A stretch of DNA of 64,000 bases from Squalus acanthias (GCA_030390025.1 CM059429.1:147188001-147252000); one strand, 5' to 3'. Shown: positions 37,020 through 49,320, numbered from the stretch's first letter. The notes: generated by a model not told the origin, from the sequence alone. Numbers and translations: made by a program.

Positions 37020-40000
37020 TTCATGTATCAGGTATAACACAGCTTGAATACTGGTTTGACGTTAGTGACTACTAAAGGTGGTGACACGCAACCATGATCT
37101 ATTATTCGGGCCATCAAACCAACTTGTAATTGCCGAACAATATCCATAACTCTGCCAGGGCAGCGATTCTGGTGCTCTTCTTTACATTTGTCCTGGATTT
37201 GGTGGATTGAGAAAATCATGTCAAGTATTTTGTGACCAGCTCAGAAGGTATCTGGGAGAATTTCTTCTGCTTGTTTAGTCAGCAGTGCATGATTCAGGCG
37301 AGAATTTAACCTGCTTCGAACAGAAGGGAATGTCTGTGGTGACGATTGCAGCATGAGCGATCATCTTTGCACTTGTGGAGGTGCACAGTGTTTGACGTCT
37401 TTTGGAATCTTGGGGCACATGTTCCCAGATTGTATTGTAAAGGGCAAGGAATCTCTGAAGCTTGCGCCCACCCGTGCTTGTAGAGCTTTGCGGGGATACC
37501 TACTGATCCGGGTGCTTTTCCACCCTGAGATTTTCCTCAATCGCAAATTAGATTTCAGCAGTGTTGGGTTAGGTGGGGTGGCAAGCCAATCTTGCAGCAG
37601 TAGTTGTGGTTTATCATTTAGTGCGTCAGCAGGCATGGCAGAGGGACAGTTGAGGACTTGGTTGAAATGTCTGGCCCAACGTTCCAAGATTTCTGCTCGC
37701 AACTTAGTGCCACCTTCACTCAGAACAGGGACATGCCACTTGTGCCTACACAAGTTTGTCGAAGAAGTTCTTTGTGCGCTTTTGGTCAGCGGCTGATTGC
37801 AGCATCTCCGCATTTATCTTCCACCATTTTTCCTTCATATAGCAAAGCCGAGTTTGAGCTTGCTGCTTTAATTGCTGCTGTGCAGTGTTCTGCACCAAAC
37901 AGCTGTTATCATTAACCCAAGAGAGGTGAGTAGCATGCATAGAGGCCAGAAGCCGTTTGATGACGATGATGAGGAAAACCAAACATTTTACATTTAATAA
38001 AGCCAAGTACTGCTGCACAGGTGCTGTATACAGCTTACTTGAAGTTTGACTACATGCTTTCAACATCACCCATTTGCTGCTTGGATGTGTCACTCGATAA
38101 CTCGCTTGATTTCAGGACTTTCTCAAGTTTACTAGTCAGCAACAACTTGTATTTATATAGCGCCTTTAACGTAGTAAAATGTCTCAAGGTGTTTCACAGG
38201 ACTATTATAAGACACAAAATTTGACACCGAGCCATATAAGGAGAAATTAGGGTAGATGACCAAAAGCTTGGTCAAAGAGGTTAATTTTAAGGAGTGTCTT
38301 AGAGGAGGAAAGAGAGGCGGAGAGGTTTATGGAGGGAATGCCAGAGCTTAGAGCCTAGGCAACAGAAGGCACAGCCACCAATGGTTGAGCGATTATAATC
38401 AGGGATGTTCAAGAGGGCAGAATTAGACGAGCGCAGATATCTCAGGTGGTTGTGGGGCTGGAGGAGATTGGAGATAGGGAGGGGCGAGGTCATGGAGGGA
38501 TTTGAAAACGAGGATGAGAATTTTGAAATCGAGGCGTTGCTTAACCGGGAGCCAATGTAGGTCAGCGAGCATAGGGGTGATGGGTGAACGGGACTTGGTG
38601 CGAATTAGGACACGGACAGCCGAGTTTTGAATGACCTCAAGTTTACGTAGGGTAGAATGTGGGCGACCAGCCAGGAGTGCATTGGAATAGTCAAGTCTAG
38701 AGGTAACAAAGACATGGATGAGGGTTTCAGCAGCGGATGAGCTGAGGCTAGGGCGGAGATACGCGATGTTACAGAGGTGGAAATAGGTGGTCTTAGTTAT
38801 GCAGCAGATATGTGGTGGGAAGCTCATTTCAGGGTCAAATATGACACCAGGGTTGCGAACAGTGTGGTTCAGCCTCAGACAGATGTTAGGGAGAGGGATG
38901 GAGTCGGTGGCTGGGGAACGGAGTTGAGGCGGGGACCAAAAACAATGGCTTTAATTGGAGAAAATTTCTTCTCATCCAGAGGGGTCGAGAGAAGTGGTGA
39001 GGTAGAGCTGGTGTCGTCAGCGTATATTTGGAAACTGACACTGTATCAACTATGTGTGACACTGTTGTCAGCCAATGTGGTAATCTTCGAGTGCCTGCAC
39101 GTTCAGCATACTGTTTGCTGCAGTACTGCTCAAGGCATTCAAGAAGTCTGACTGGGGAATGTATATTTGATACTGCACTGAAGGCGGCATCATCAACCTT
39201 CATCGACTCCGTGCAAAAACAAAAATAATGCAGGTAACCATTCGTGACATGCTTTTTGCCGATTGTGCATTACTCGCCCACACTCTCGAGGACATTCAGC
39301 TGCTATCTGACTGCATGGCTCGGGCAGCACAGCGTTTTGGCCTTACCATGAACTTTAAAAAGGCTGAAGTCTGAGTCCAGCTGATACCTAGTCATCCAGT
39401 CACACCCCCTATGGTTACGATCAGCAACATACCACTTAAGGTCACGGAAAAACTTTACTACCTCGGTAGTGTTCCCTCGCAGAATGCCATAATCGACGAC
39501 AACGTCACTCACTGGATTGGCAGGGCCAACTTTGCCTTTGGTAAACTCGATTGGAGTCTCTGGCAGGAACGAGGGGTTAGTCTGTCAACAAAGTCTCTAT
39601 CTACTAAGCCATTGTTCTCATCACACTACTATATGGATCGGAGTTGTGGATCTGCTACCACTATCTTATCAAGTGACTTGACCATTTCCAGTTGTGCTGT
39701 CTATGACGTATCGCTGGCATCAAGTGGCAAGACAGGGTGTCTAACATTCAAGTGCTGCAATATAACTGGAATTGAAGCGAAGATCACAAAGGTCCAGTTG
39801 CATGCCTGATTATAGAATTCCCAAAGCTGTCTTCTACAGCAAGCTGCAGTCCCGGATATCGCAACAGGTGGGCAGATGAAATGCTATAAAGACAAACTAA
39901 CTGTGACCTTGAAATCTACAGTATTAACCGCAACACCAAGGAAGACAGCCACCGACAGAGCACGATGACCTTATGTCTGTCATATTGGTTTGAATGAATT

Positions 40001-40150
40001 TGAGGCTGAGATTTGGAATGCAAGGCAATTCATCTATCCACCTCATCTGGCTTTCATTGCGATATGTGCGGCCATATACGTGCGTCTAGGATTGGGCTCT
40101 TCTTCCATCAGTGCACCTGTAATTCGTCCGTCAATTCGACAGGAGACTAC
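37020..40150. mobile_element. RTE-clade LINE with an inverted 5' part (minus 37020-39100, plus 39101-40150)
   Basis: The minus strand encodes EILERWARHFNQVLN and an RT region ending near the VTNVK..CVIP motif. The plus strand starts FSILFAAVL and continues with IRDMLFAD and YYLGS. Confidence 0.75.
38141..39040 (-). mobile_element. L2-type LINE 3' fragment inserted into the RTE
   Basis: ORF 38423-38827 reads AETLIHVFVTSRLDYSNALLAG..LHWLPVKQRLDFKIL. L2 tail at 38141. Confidence 0.9.
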
Positions 40151-40504
40151 ATCAACACAGTTTGTACTGCTCTAACATGAGACTTTAATCCCAACATCAG
40201 AAGACCATTCCTACTAAATCAATGTGACCCCTCCACTTTTTGCTTATTAATTTATAGCTTTTTTAAAAATTTGTATTTATTGGAAATCTGAGTGACTGAA
40301 CTTAATTTCATTTAAGATTTTTAGCAGCTGTCCAAGCAGTTGTCCTAATTCATGTTTGTTGAAGATCAAAACCCAGAGGTTTATACATGATTTTCTTTTA
40401 CTAAATATAAATTCTGGCCCACTTCAGTATTTAGTCACATAGGAAAATAGCCATCTGAGACCTACAGGAACAGCATGTCCAATGTTGATGTTTTCTACTT
40501 TCAG

Positions 40505-40680
40505 GTGTAATGTCTGTGGAAAAGAATTCTTTGAAAAAGCTCTTTTCAGGCGACATGTAAAGAAAGCCACTCATGGCAAGAAAGGCAGAGCCAAGCAAAT
40601 GCTGGACCGTACCTGTGAGCACTGTGGGAAGAAGTTTTCACAACTTCGAGAGTATAGGAGGCATATGAACAATCATCAGG
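40505..40680 (+). CDS. ZBTB11: ZBTB11 exon 10 (zinc fingers 9-10)
   Basis: CNVCGKEFFEKALFRRHVKKATHGKKGRAK...CEHCGKKFSQLREYRRHMNNHQ; AG/GTAAG boundaries. Confidence 0.96.
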
Positions 40681-41291
40681 GTAAGCACTAAAAAGCATAA
40701 TTAAACCAAAGTGAAATTAATATTGACTTTAAACCTTGCCTTTCAGGCTGATATTTGGACAAATCGATTGTCATGTTTAAAAAATTTGTAGGTGTTTTGC
40801 AGGTGCCACCGTGGTGGAAACATTGAAAAGCTGTGAGACAGTATATTATCAAAGAAAAGATCTATCATATACATTCTCTTTTCATCTTCTTCATTCTGGT
40901 CACGCTGAGCTAATTGTGAGCCCTTTCCCTCCTGTCCTCCTCTGCTCCTCCCTTCCTCAGGTGAAGTGGCTCACCTCCCATTTGGCACCTCCAGGTGAAT
41001 TGGCTAAAACTATCCAGGGATTACTTGTGTTCCACCATTTGTTGGTGCAGTGCACCAATACTCTGCATCACTTCAAGTGTGGGGTTCTTCAGCATAGAAA
41101 TATATCTTTTACATCTGGTTTGCAGATACTTTTTCCTTTTATAAATATTTTGGGGTTATGCTGATTGATTTAGAGGACAAACAACTGCTAACTGCCCCCC
41201 ACCATCCCAATTCACAGGTTTGACAATGGTATTTTGGTAAAGTGTAATAGCAGTCATATGCACGCAGTGTGTCAAGAAATTATTTTGTTTT

Positions 41292-41714
41292 CATAGAAAC
41301 ATAGAATCTAGGAGCAGGAGTAGGCCATTCGGCCCGTCGAGCCTGCACCACCATTCAATACGATCATGGCTGATCATTCAAATCCAGTACCCTGTCCCTG
41401 CTTTAATCCCCACAGTACACATATCCCACCCGAGCCCCGTAACCCCACGTATTTAATTCCCCCTAACATATCCCATCCTATCCCCATAACCCCACATATT
41501 TAATCCCCCCCTAACACTAAGGGTCAATTTATCATAGCCAAATCAACCTAACCCGCACATTTTTGGACAGTGGGAGGAAACCGGAGCACCCGGAGGAAAC
41601 CCACGCAGACACGGGGAGAATGTGCAAACTCCACACAGACAGTCACCCGAGGTCAGATTCGAACCCGGGTCTCTGGCGCTGTGAGGCACCAGTGCTAACC
41701 ACTATGCCACCGTG
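41292..41714 (-). mobile_element. Full-length HE1-like V-SINE with a CR1/HER1-derived tail
   Basis: Minus strand has a tRNA-like head (ggtggcatagtggttagcact...gggttcgaat), the V-domain (gtgtggagtttgcacattctccccgtgtctgcgtgggtttcctccgggtgctccggtttcctcccac) and a 3' tail matching the CR1 end at 33645-33754. Confidence 0.9.
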
Positions 41715-43140
41715 TTCCTTTTATTTTTCTATTTTTGTTTTCTTGCTTTGTTTCCTTGTCTCTCCAGGTTGATGCAAGTCATTTGTATGCTAACGAAGTT
41801 GATCTTACACGTATTTCTTAGCAACAAAACTACTCTATAATAACTAGATCATTGCAGACAAAAACCCACTAACAGGTCGTTTTGTCCCTTTTATTACAAG
41901 CACTTCTGACATTAAAACAAAATTAATGTAAGATGGTGTCCCTTCAACATAACTGTAAAAGTATGTAAAATACTGAGTTCAGAAAGCTGGATTATTTTTA
42001 GATTTCACGTCTCCTAAGTATTCAATTGATTATTTTTCATTAATGGAATATTTGGCAAAGTAATTGTTTGCTGCGGACTTGAAATCCTGACATATTAAAC
42101 TGTTTGGTTCACTGCAGTGAATGTCATGATACATATAGAACTAAAGTTACTGCGATAAAGTATACCCAAATGTTCATTCTGTGGATAATAGATACCAAAT
42201 ATTTTAAGTAATTTTCCCCCCCAAGAAATCCTACTATTTTAGAAGGCGAGGAGAGAAAATTGGAAAGATAAATACTATTTTTTTTTTAAAAGCACAAGGT
42301 CTTGCTTTCTTTCCCACCCTCAGTTTCCCCCTCTTCCTCTTGAAGGCAGTGATTTACTTTCCAGCAAGTCACAAGATAGCAATTAAGAGTGAGAATTTTG
42401 ACTGCATTTTTACCCTCTGCTTTAGGCCAGCGTTGTGCTGCCTTCTCTGCTAGCTGAGCTAAAAACAGCTAATGCGGCATTCAATAGACCTGGGATCTTC
42501 CTGGTCTGTACCAGTTAGTGTTACATCATACAGTGCATTTATATGTTGAATTATTGAGGAGCTATAGCTTTCAATTTTAAACCATCATTGTAAAAGTGCA
42601 GTTGATAATTAATGGAACTTGCTTTCCATAAGATGTTCACGTGAATTATGGCTAACATTTTTCTCTCAACCAACACCACCAAAAACAGCTCATGTCTTTT
42701 GTTCATTTGCTATTTGTGGAACCTTGCTGTGCAAACTGGCTGCCATGTTTGTTTATATAACAGCAAGAGATTGCACTTCAAAACTAAACTATTGGCTGAA
42801 AAGTACTTTGGGGGTTGATATATAAAAGCAAGTTTTATTTTCTTCTTGAATCATGACATTTTCATAGGTGTAAGTTCCAGGGCTGTCCAACACTTGAATT
42901 TTGTTGGTGAAAAGATAAATCTGTTATGGCTTATTTTGCACCACAACAAGCCACACCTGCTTTGGTTTAACAGAGAAGTGTAAGCGTAGTAACTGGTGGT
43001 GAGGTCTACACCTTGATTGGTCAGACACCTTCAAAGCTGTAACAAACTTCATGGAAAAGGACAAAAATGTAAATGAAAATATCATTTAATAAAATAGTAT
43101 TTGCTTGTTTTCACATAAATCACTTTTTCTTTTTATTTAG

Positions 43141-43796
43141 GAGTGAAGCCGTTTGAGTGTTTAACCTGTGGTGTAGCCTGGGCTGATGCACGCTCTCTCA
43201 AGCGGCATGTGCGAACACACACAGGAGAACGGCCTTATGTCTGCCCACTGTGCAATGATGCCTACATCGATGCTCGTAGCTTGCGCAAGCATATGACTAA
43301 GTTTCACAAAGAGCATGTTCCTGGCAAAATAATGCTAGAGAAAGACACACTTCAGTTTCACAATCAGGGGACCCAGGTAGAGCACGCCATCAGAATCTTA
43401 GCTGCTGATATGCAAGATGAATTGGACAAATCGGATTTAATTGGTGAAGAAATTGAGACTGTCATAGTGACTGGAGAGACGGTGGAAGCGGTTGAGGCGG
43501 TGGAAGCGGTTGAGGCAGTGGAAGCGGTTGAGGCGGTGGAAGCCGTTGAGGCGGTGGAAGCAGTTGAGGCAGTGGAAGCAGTTGAGGCGGTGGAAGCAGT
43601 TACTTCGGTTGAAGCTGTAGAAGGAGTTGAAAGCCAAGATGAGGCATTGCCCACACTAACAGACCATGGAATTATGCAGGTGGTCAACTATGTACTGTCT
43701 CACCAGCAAGGACAGAAACTTACTGAAATTGGTGAGACAGTGGAAGTTGAGGTTGCCCATATTGGAGAGGCTGAAGAAAATGTGCAAGAAAACTGA
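43141..43796 (+). CDS. ZBTB11: ZBTB11 exon 11 (zinc fingers 11-12 and C-terminal tail)
   Basis: GVKPFECLTCGVAWADARSLKRHVRTHTGERPYVC...IMQVVNYVL..QQGQKL, stop TGA at 43794-43796. Total spliced CDS is 3327 nt, divisible by 3. Confidence 0.97.
43482..43598 (+). repeat. Coding minisatellite, 18-bp unit GTGGAAGCN-GTTGAGGCN x6.5, encoding (VEA)13
   Basis: Read directly from the sequence. Degenerate continuation VTS-VEA-VEG-VES to 43634. Confidence 0.95.
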
Positions 43797-45368
43797 ATGA
43801 TTTGGGACTTGTCCTGATAATAATTGAGAGTGTGCACATTGCCCAGCACTAACTAAGATGGAAACATATTTATGTTAAAGCATTCTTGCAGGCAAGTAAT
43901 TAGATCATGGTCCTGCAGTGGTTGGAAATAAATACTGGCGGCCTTTTACAAGAATATGTTGGACTCCTCACTGAGTAATATTCAAAGTGAACAAATAATA
44001 ACAATGATAAAGGGGGGAGGTTTGAGTTACAGAACCAGAAGGTATTTTGAACTTAATACATCTTTGAGAGATGAGATGAGCTTGTAGCATTCTGCAGCAA
44101 AGCATAAACTTGCACCCATTTTAGGAGCAATTGCAATGTTTTTTTCATTGCTTCCTTATTTTAACTACTGGTCAGTTCAATGGAAACAGTCCTCTATCAG
44201 TATTTAATGTGGGAGATCTGCATTTGTAGATTGCAACACATAAGCATACAGAAATTCTTAAAACAGGGCACAGATTTATGGTTGGAAACTGTTGTCAAAT
44301 TCTGTGATCTCCTGCTCTTAGCGGGGAAGAATGAGTCGGAGATCCAACCTGTGAGCATGGCTCCCTACTGGGAGCGTGGAATTGGCCCCAATTACTATTG
44401 TGGGTATAAATATATATGGGCAGAAAATCCTTTGCAAGGAATCAGTAGAACTTGGAATGAGTGGGAAGAGGGAAATTAATAAGCACAATGTTTCTTTGAA
44501 GGAGTAGAAAATAAAGGCTGGATTTCCAAATTCAGAGAAAGTTTAATTTTAACTTGGGCCTTGTTAGAATTATTGAAGTTTTGGCTAAATATTTCTTCAG
44601 TTCACGGTTTGAGTACTGAGGATTCCATTACTGTTACCGCCATAAAATTAATTATAAGGGAGAAACTTCCAAGTGCTGTCATCATCTTTACATATTGCCA
44701 GTTGTTCTAAAGTGACTTGGAGAAAGCTCAGCTTGAGTATGTTTGAAAGTCCCCAAAGGTTGTTTACATTCTTCTGTGAAATTCTGCAGATTTAAGTTGC
44801 AAGAAAGATGTTGTAAACCTGGAAATATTACTCCCAGCTTACAAGGATAAGTTTGCATTTCTGTCAAATAGGAGGCCTTCAGTGGGCAAATGGATCTGCA
44901 ATGTAATTTATGTAAATAAATGTGCATATGAAATAGGTTTATACATTTACTGATTTATGCATGTCCATACCTTCATAGTCCAGTCACTTGCCTCTGTTAA
45001 TCAAACTATCTACTTATGTATGTGTGACTTTAAAAATAAGAGTATTTGCAATGGGCATCCATGTAAATTAGAGCACTGAAAGATTGGTGGCTGTTTCCTG
45101 ACACTCAAGGCATTCCAGAAGTTTATTAGGGGAAAACAATTTAAAAGTGCAATCAAGAGCTTTTTTTTTTGGTTTGTAAAATATGTCTTTGTCTGGCTGT
45201 AAGCTTTCATGCAGAATTATTAAATTACAAAAAAAACTATGCAGTCTCGTTACTGAATATCGAGTTAAATTTTCTTTGTCAAAGAATGCTTTTCCCTTTT
45301 TGTATAATGCAGTAAAACTGGAATTGTTGCTTTGCTGTCGGTAAGTGCTTCGGTTGCCAAGACTGCTG

Positions 45369-45374
45369 AATAAA
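45369..45374 (+). terminator. Candidate ZBTB11 polyadenylation signal
   Basis: AATAAA at the end of about 1.6 kb of repeat-free, AT-rich 3' UTR-like sequence. Other AATAAA hexamers occur at 43927 and near 44510 and 44915. Confidence 0.45.
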
Positions 45375-46279
45375 ATCGTTTGCATAATGATTAAAAATAT
45401 GAACTTTTCATTCTTCTGTTGGGAAGGGTTAATAGTTTTTCCCCGTATGTCATAAGCTTATACAGGATAATGAAAAGTGGCACTGGAAAAAAGAATTACA
45501 TTGTTTTATAATACTTCTCATGAGACCATAGTCTATTTTGCATTCAAAACACAGGATCCATAAGGGCTCCAAGTCAGACAGAGAATTGAGTGCAGGATGC
45601 TACAGCTTAGTCTTTGGATCACACTACACCAATAGTACTAACCAACGTGGAATCAAGAAGACATCAGGTACATCCTGGCTCAAGAACATTCTTCATCGGT
45701 TGGCCTCAGCACTGCCTTCTGGGTGGGGATATTCAGACATGTCAGATGGGCCAATCCTCTGAAGTCCTTATTTTTGCCTTTTGTAAAGATTTTAAAGATG
45801 ACAACATTTCTGCAAATTATACAAATAGTAAGTGTGGGAAATTGGCTACCAGCCCTAAAACCTAACAAATGCGGAAATCTGGAAGTTGCTGTCTGATTTG
45901 CCCTGCTCCTCCACAAGCTTTGCTACGCTGGTACCTCGGCAATAGATTCGGCATTAAAATACGTGAAGTTGCAGTACTTACCCACTGAACATGCCAGAAA
46001 AAGTTAGGGCTGGTGCATTCAGGTGTAAGTGAACTTTTAACAGAGTGGTAAGTCTTAATTACCGCCAAACAACTTCTCTGGCCCTGTAAATGTAATTTTA
46101 TAAGTGGTGTCTCCTTCCTTCAGAATTTAATTATTGGAGATTTTTATATAAAAAAAAACTTTTTTACTTTTTCTTTGTCTCATCTCAATTGCACCTCTTT
46201 CCCTCTCTATTTCACTTTCTGTACATGATTTTGCATTGAATTGAATATTCTAACTGACACTTCCTGGTTTAGACTCCAT

Positions 46280-47151
46280 GGGGGAAAAATTCAGTTGCTT
46301 GCGCCTCCCGTTAGTGCCTTAAGAGGGTGCTAATGGGGCGCAAAGTAACTAGCGTCCGGGCGCGGCGATGTTTGCGCCGCTCCCGAAATTAACTAGACAT
46401 TTTGCGGCAGTACTAAACACTACCGCCACGATCTCTTGCGCCGGCAGATCGTGACGTCAGTCGAGTGTGCAACGCCCTGGAGCGGATATTGAGTGGTGCC
46501 CCCTGCCTTACCGCCTGCCGCTAGCAACGACAGGTTGAGGGGAGCGTTTTGCAGTCAGGAAGGGACTGGGGGAGCGCTATTTAAAGGCGACTGCTTCCTG
46601 CCTTTTTTTGTTGGTGACATTTTTGAACCACGCATTGAGAGAGAGAGAGACTTCTGGAGAGATTCAACGCTGTGTGAAGGAGTTTTGGGTACTGAGCAGC
46701 ACTTTGCAGGTTCATTTTGATTTGCCCTTCCTTGTATCGATTTAGAAGAGACTGTGGGGGCTGCGCTCTGAGCTCTTTCCCTGGGCCTCTCCATTGTTCT
46801 TTCCAGCAGATTTGATGTACAGGTCTCTCCAGGCCGAGATTCAAGACTGCAATGAGCAGGATGTGGATGGAAAGTAAGATCAACCCTGCCCTTTAAGAAC
46901 TGGCCAGGGCCATTGTGTCTGTGTTCCATTGCTGACTGACATCACATGAGCTTCACCAGCGCTCTGAGTTAGCGCCTCGCTCCTCGGCCTTTGCGCCTTA
47001 AGACAGATGTGTAGCGCCTGATTTAGCGTTCCACCTCCAGGAGCGATAAAAGTCAAGTTTGCAGTCGGAGGCGATAATTAGCGCCAGGCGCTAATCTTTG
47101 CGCCCGGCCGATAATTGCGCCCCAAATGGGGCGAAACTGAATTTCTCCCCC
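46280..47151. mobile_element. Non-autonomous TIR DNA transposon, PIF/Harbinger-like
   Basis: TIRs GGGGGAAAAATTCAGTT / AACTGAATTTCTCCCCC (16 of 17 match) and a 3-bp CAT duplication at 46277-46279 and 47152-47154. GC/CpG-rich subterminal regions; no transposase ORF. Confidence 0.8.
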
Positions 47152-47247
47152 CATGTCTCAGTGAGAATTCTTCAATCTGATTAGTTGAAGAGGTATGCTG
47201 TTGCTTGCCCTGTTCACACACGCCAGAGGGCACCCTGGAAAAACCCC

Positions 47248-47410
47248 AGAAAATGCTGGGAATACTTAGGTCAGGCAGCGACTGTGTAGAGAGAAAGAGA
47301 GTTAACGTTTCAGGTTTCTCTCCAGATGCTGCCTGACCTGCTGAATATTCCCAGCATTTTCTGTTTTTATTTCAGATTTCCAGCATCCCCACAGTATTTT
47401 GCTTTTGTAC
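47248..47410. mobile_element. Inverted pair of Penelope pLTR fragments
   Basis: cagaaaatgctgggaata..aggtcaggcagc is the reverse complement of gctgcctgacctgctgaatattcccagcattttctg downstream. Only the GAAACGTTAACT half of the hammerhead remains. Confidence 0.75.
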
Positions 47411-47539
47411 CTCACTGAAAAGGATCTGTAATAACTAAGTTGACACTCAAAAGCCCACTCAGTCTGTGGGTAGCTGTAAGCGTAATGAACGGCGAGCGCT
47501 TTTCCTTCGCTGCTGACGACGAAATCTGGGCCATTATGT

Positions 47540-47770
47540 TTTTTGGTGATGTTAATTGAGGGATAAATATTGGCCAGGACACTGGGGAGAATTTCCCTAC
47601 TCTTTGAAATAGTGCCACGGGATCTTTTACATTCACCTGAGGGTAGATGGGGCCTGGGTTTAACATCTCATCTTGTGAGCAACTCTGATGGTGCAGCATT
47701 CAGTACTGCACTAAAGCATCAGCCTGGATTGTGCTCATGGCTCTGGAGTGGGACCACAGAGACAAGGCTG
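47540..47770 (-). mobile_element. Deu-domain SINE fragment
   Basis: Reverse of cctggccaatatttatccctcaattaacatcacc and of aaagatcccgtggcactatttc. Confidence 0.7.
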
Positions 47771-47804
47771 ACACCATGGATCTGTAAGGTGTATTACATT
47801 AGTT

Positions 47805-49320
47805 AATTTAACAGCACAACATAAAACATCCCAAGGCGCTTCACAGGAGTGTAATCAGACAGAAATTGACACCGAGCCAAAGAAGGAGGGGTGACTAAAA
47901 CCTTGGACAAAGGTAGCGATTAAGGAGAGTCTTAAAGGAGGAGAAAGGTAAGGAGGCAGAGGTTTAAAGAGGGAATTCAAGTGCTTATGGCCTAGACGAC
48001 TGAAGGCATAATTGCCAAAGATGGTACAATGGAAATGGGAGATGCACAAGAGGCCAGTTAAAGAAATGCTGAGTTCTTGTAGGGCTGGAGAAGGTTACAG
48101 AGATAGGGAGTTGAGTCTAGGTCAATGGAAAATTTCAAAAATGAGAGATATTTGTTCGGTGAAGGTATTAAGGGATATGAAAGCAAGGCAGGTAAATGGA
48201 GTTAAGATACAGATCAGTCATTATCTAATTGAATTGTGGAATAGGCTAGAGGGGCTGAATGGCCTACTCTTGTTCTTATGGAGGTGTGAAGCCATGGAGG
48301 AATTTGAAAGTTCATTTTTTTTTAAATCGAGGCAGTGGTGTACCGGGAGCTAATGTACATCAATGAGTACAGGGGTGAGCGGGATTTGATGCAGATTAGG
48401 ATACAGGCAGCAGAGTTTCAGCTAAGCTTAAGTTTATGGACAATGGAAGATTGGAAGCCATCCAGGAGGGCAGCAGAATAGTCAAATCTGCAGGTAACAA
48501 AAGCATAGATGAGGGTTTCAGCAGCAGATGGTTCTGAGGCTCATCAAGGACTGGATTTTGGACAAACGGTCTGACAACACAGACACTGGAGGGATCAAGA
48601 GGTAGAGCTGGGTGGCGTCAGCAACGTTCCCTTTAAGCTGCGCGGCCGTGCTGCGCACCAGGGATCCCGCGCAGCTGGCTTGTCAATGCAAAAACCGCAC
48701 ATACGCAGTATTTTGAACAACGCAGCGGCAAAAAAAATTGGATCGTTGGTCATCCATGCATGTGTGAAACCTGGCTTCATGTCCTTTGATGATGTCACTT
48801 AAGGGGCAGCATATAGATGAGAAATCGGAGGGGGCCACGGATATATCCGTGATGGCAGGTTTGAAAGGGAGTGGATCACTACCTGAGGAGAGGGAACTGG
48901 CATAGGGGACAGGATAGGAAATTGGGTGGTCAACAGTTTAGTGGGAATAGGGTCGAGGTAGCAGGAGGTGAGACTCATGGAAAAGATTAACTTGGAGTGG
49001 CCATTAGGGGAGATAAGAGGGAAACTCGAGAAAATGTGGGTTCAGAGCTAGGGCAGGAGCATACTTTGGGGGAAGCTTGAGTTGGGGAAGGGTAAGCGAG
49101 TGATGGGCCGAGGCAGGTGAACAGATGTTCTCAATCTTAGTGACAAAGAAGTCTATGAGCTCTTTGCACTTGGAGGTGGAGGGATTTAAGGAGACAGTTG
49201 GTAGTGGAGAAAAGAAGCTGGGGGTTGTCTTTGCATTCCAGGATGATCCTGGAATAGTGAGCATTTATAACAGCCCAATAGTGCTTGGTGTGGTCCAGCC
49301 AGATCAGGTGAATAACCTTG
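47805..49320 (-). mobile_element. Decayed L2 fragments with small insertions (CR1 tail about 48140-48280; GC-rich insert 48622-48748)
   Basis: L2 tail at 47810 and similarity to 38141-39040. ORF 49004-49264 contains KCKELIDFFVTKIENI. Confidence 0.7.

Noticed and set aside
41640-41714. tRNA-like sequence on the minus strand (also at 12295-12370)
   Set aside because: These are SINE heads continuing into V or Deu domains, not standalone tRNA genes.
43482-43598. Regular short repeats considered as a CRISPR-like array
   Set aside because: There are no unique spacers, it is an in-frame coding repeat in a vertebrate exon, and there are no cas genes.
43364-43687. Minus-strand ORF with (STA)n repeats that looks mucin- or antifreeze-like
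   Set aside because: It is simply the reverse complement of the ZBTB11 (VEA)n minisatellite.
48622-48748. GC-rich insert in L2 with short terminal inverted ends (caacgttcc / ggatcgttg), a possible hAT-type MITE
   Set aside because: The TIR is only about 9 bp and the flanking 8-mers match at only 4 of 8 positions, too weak to classify.
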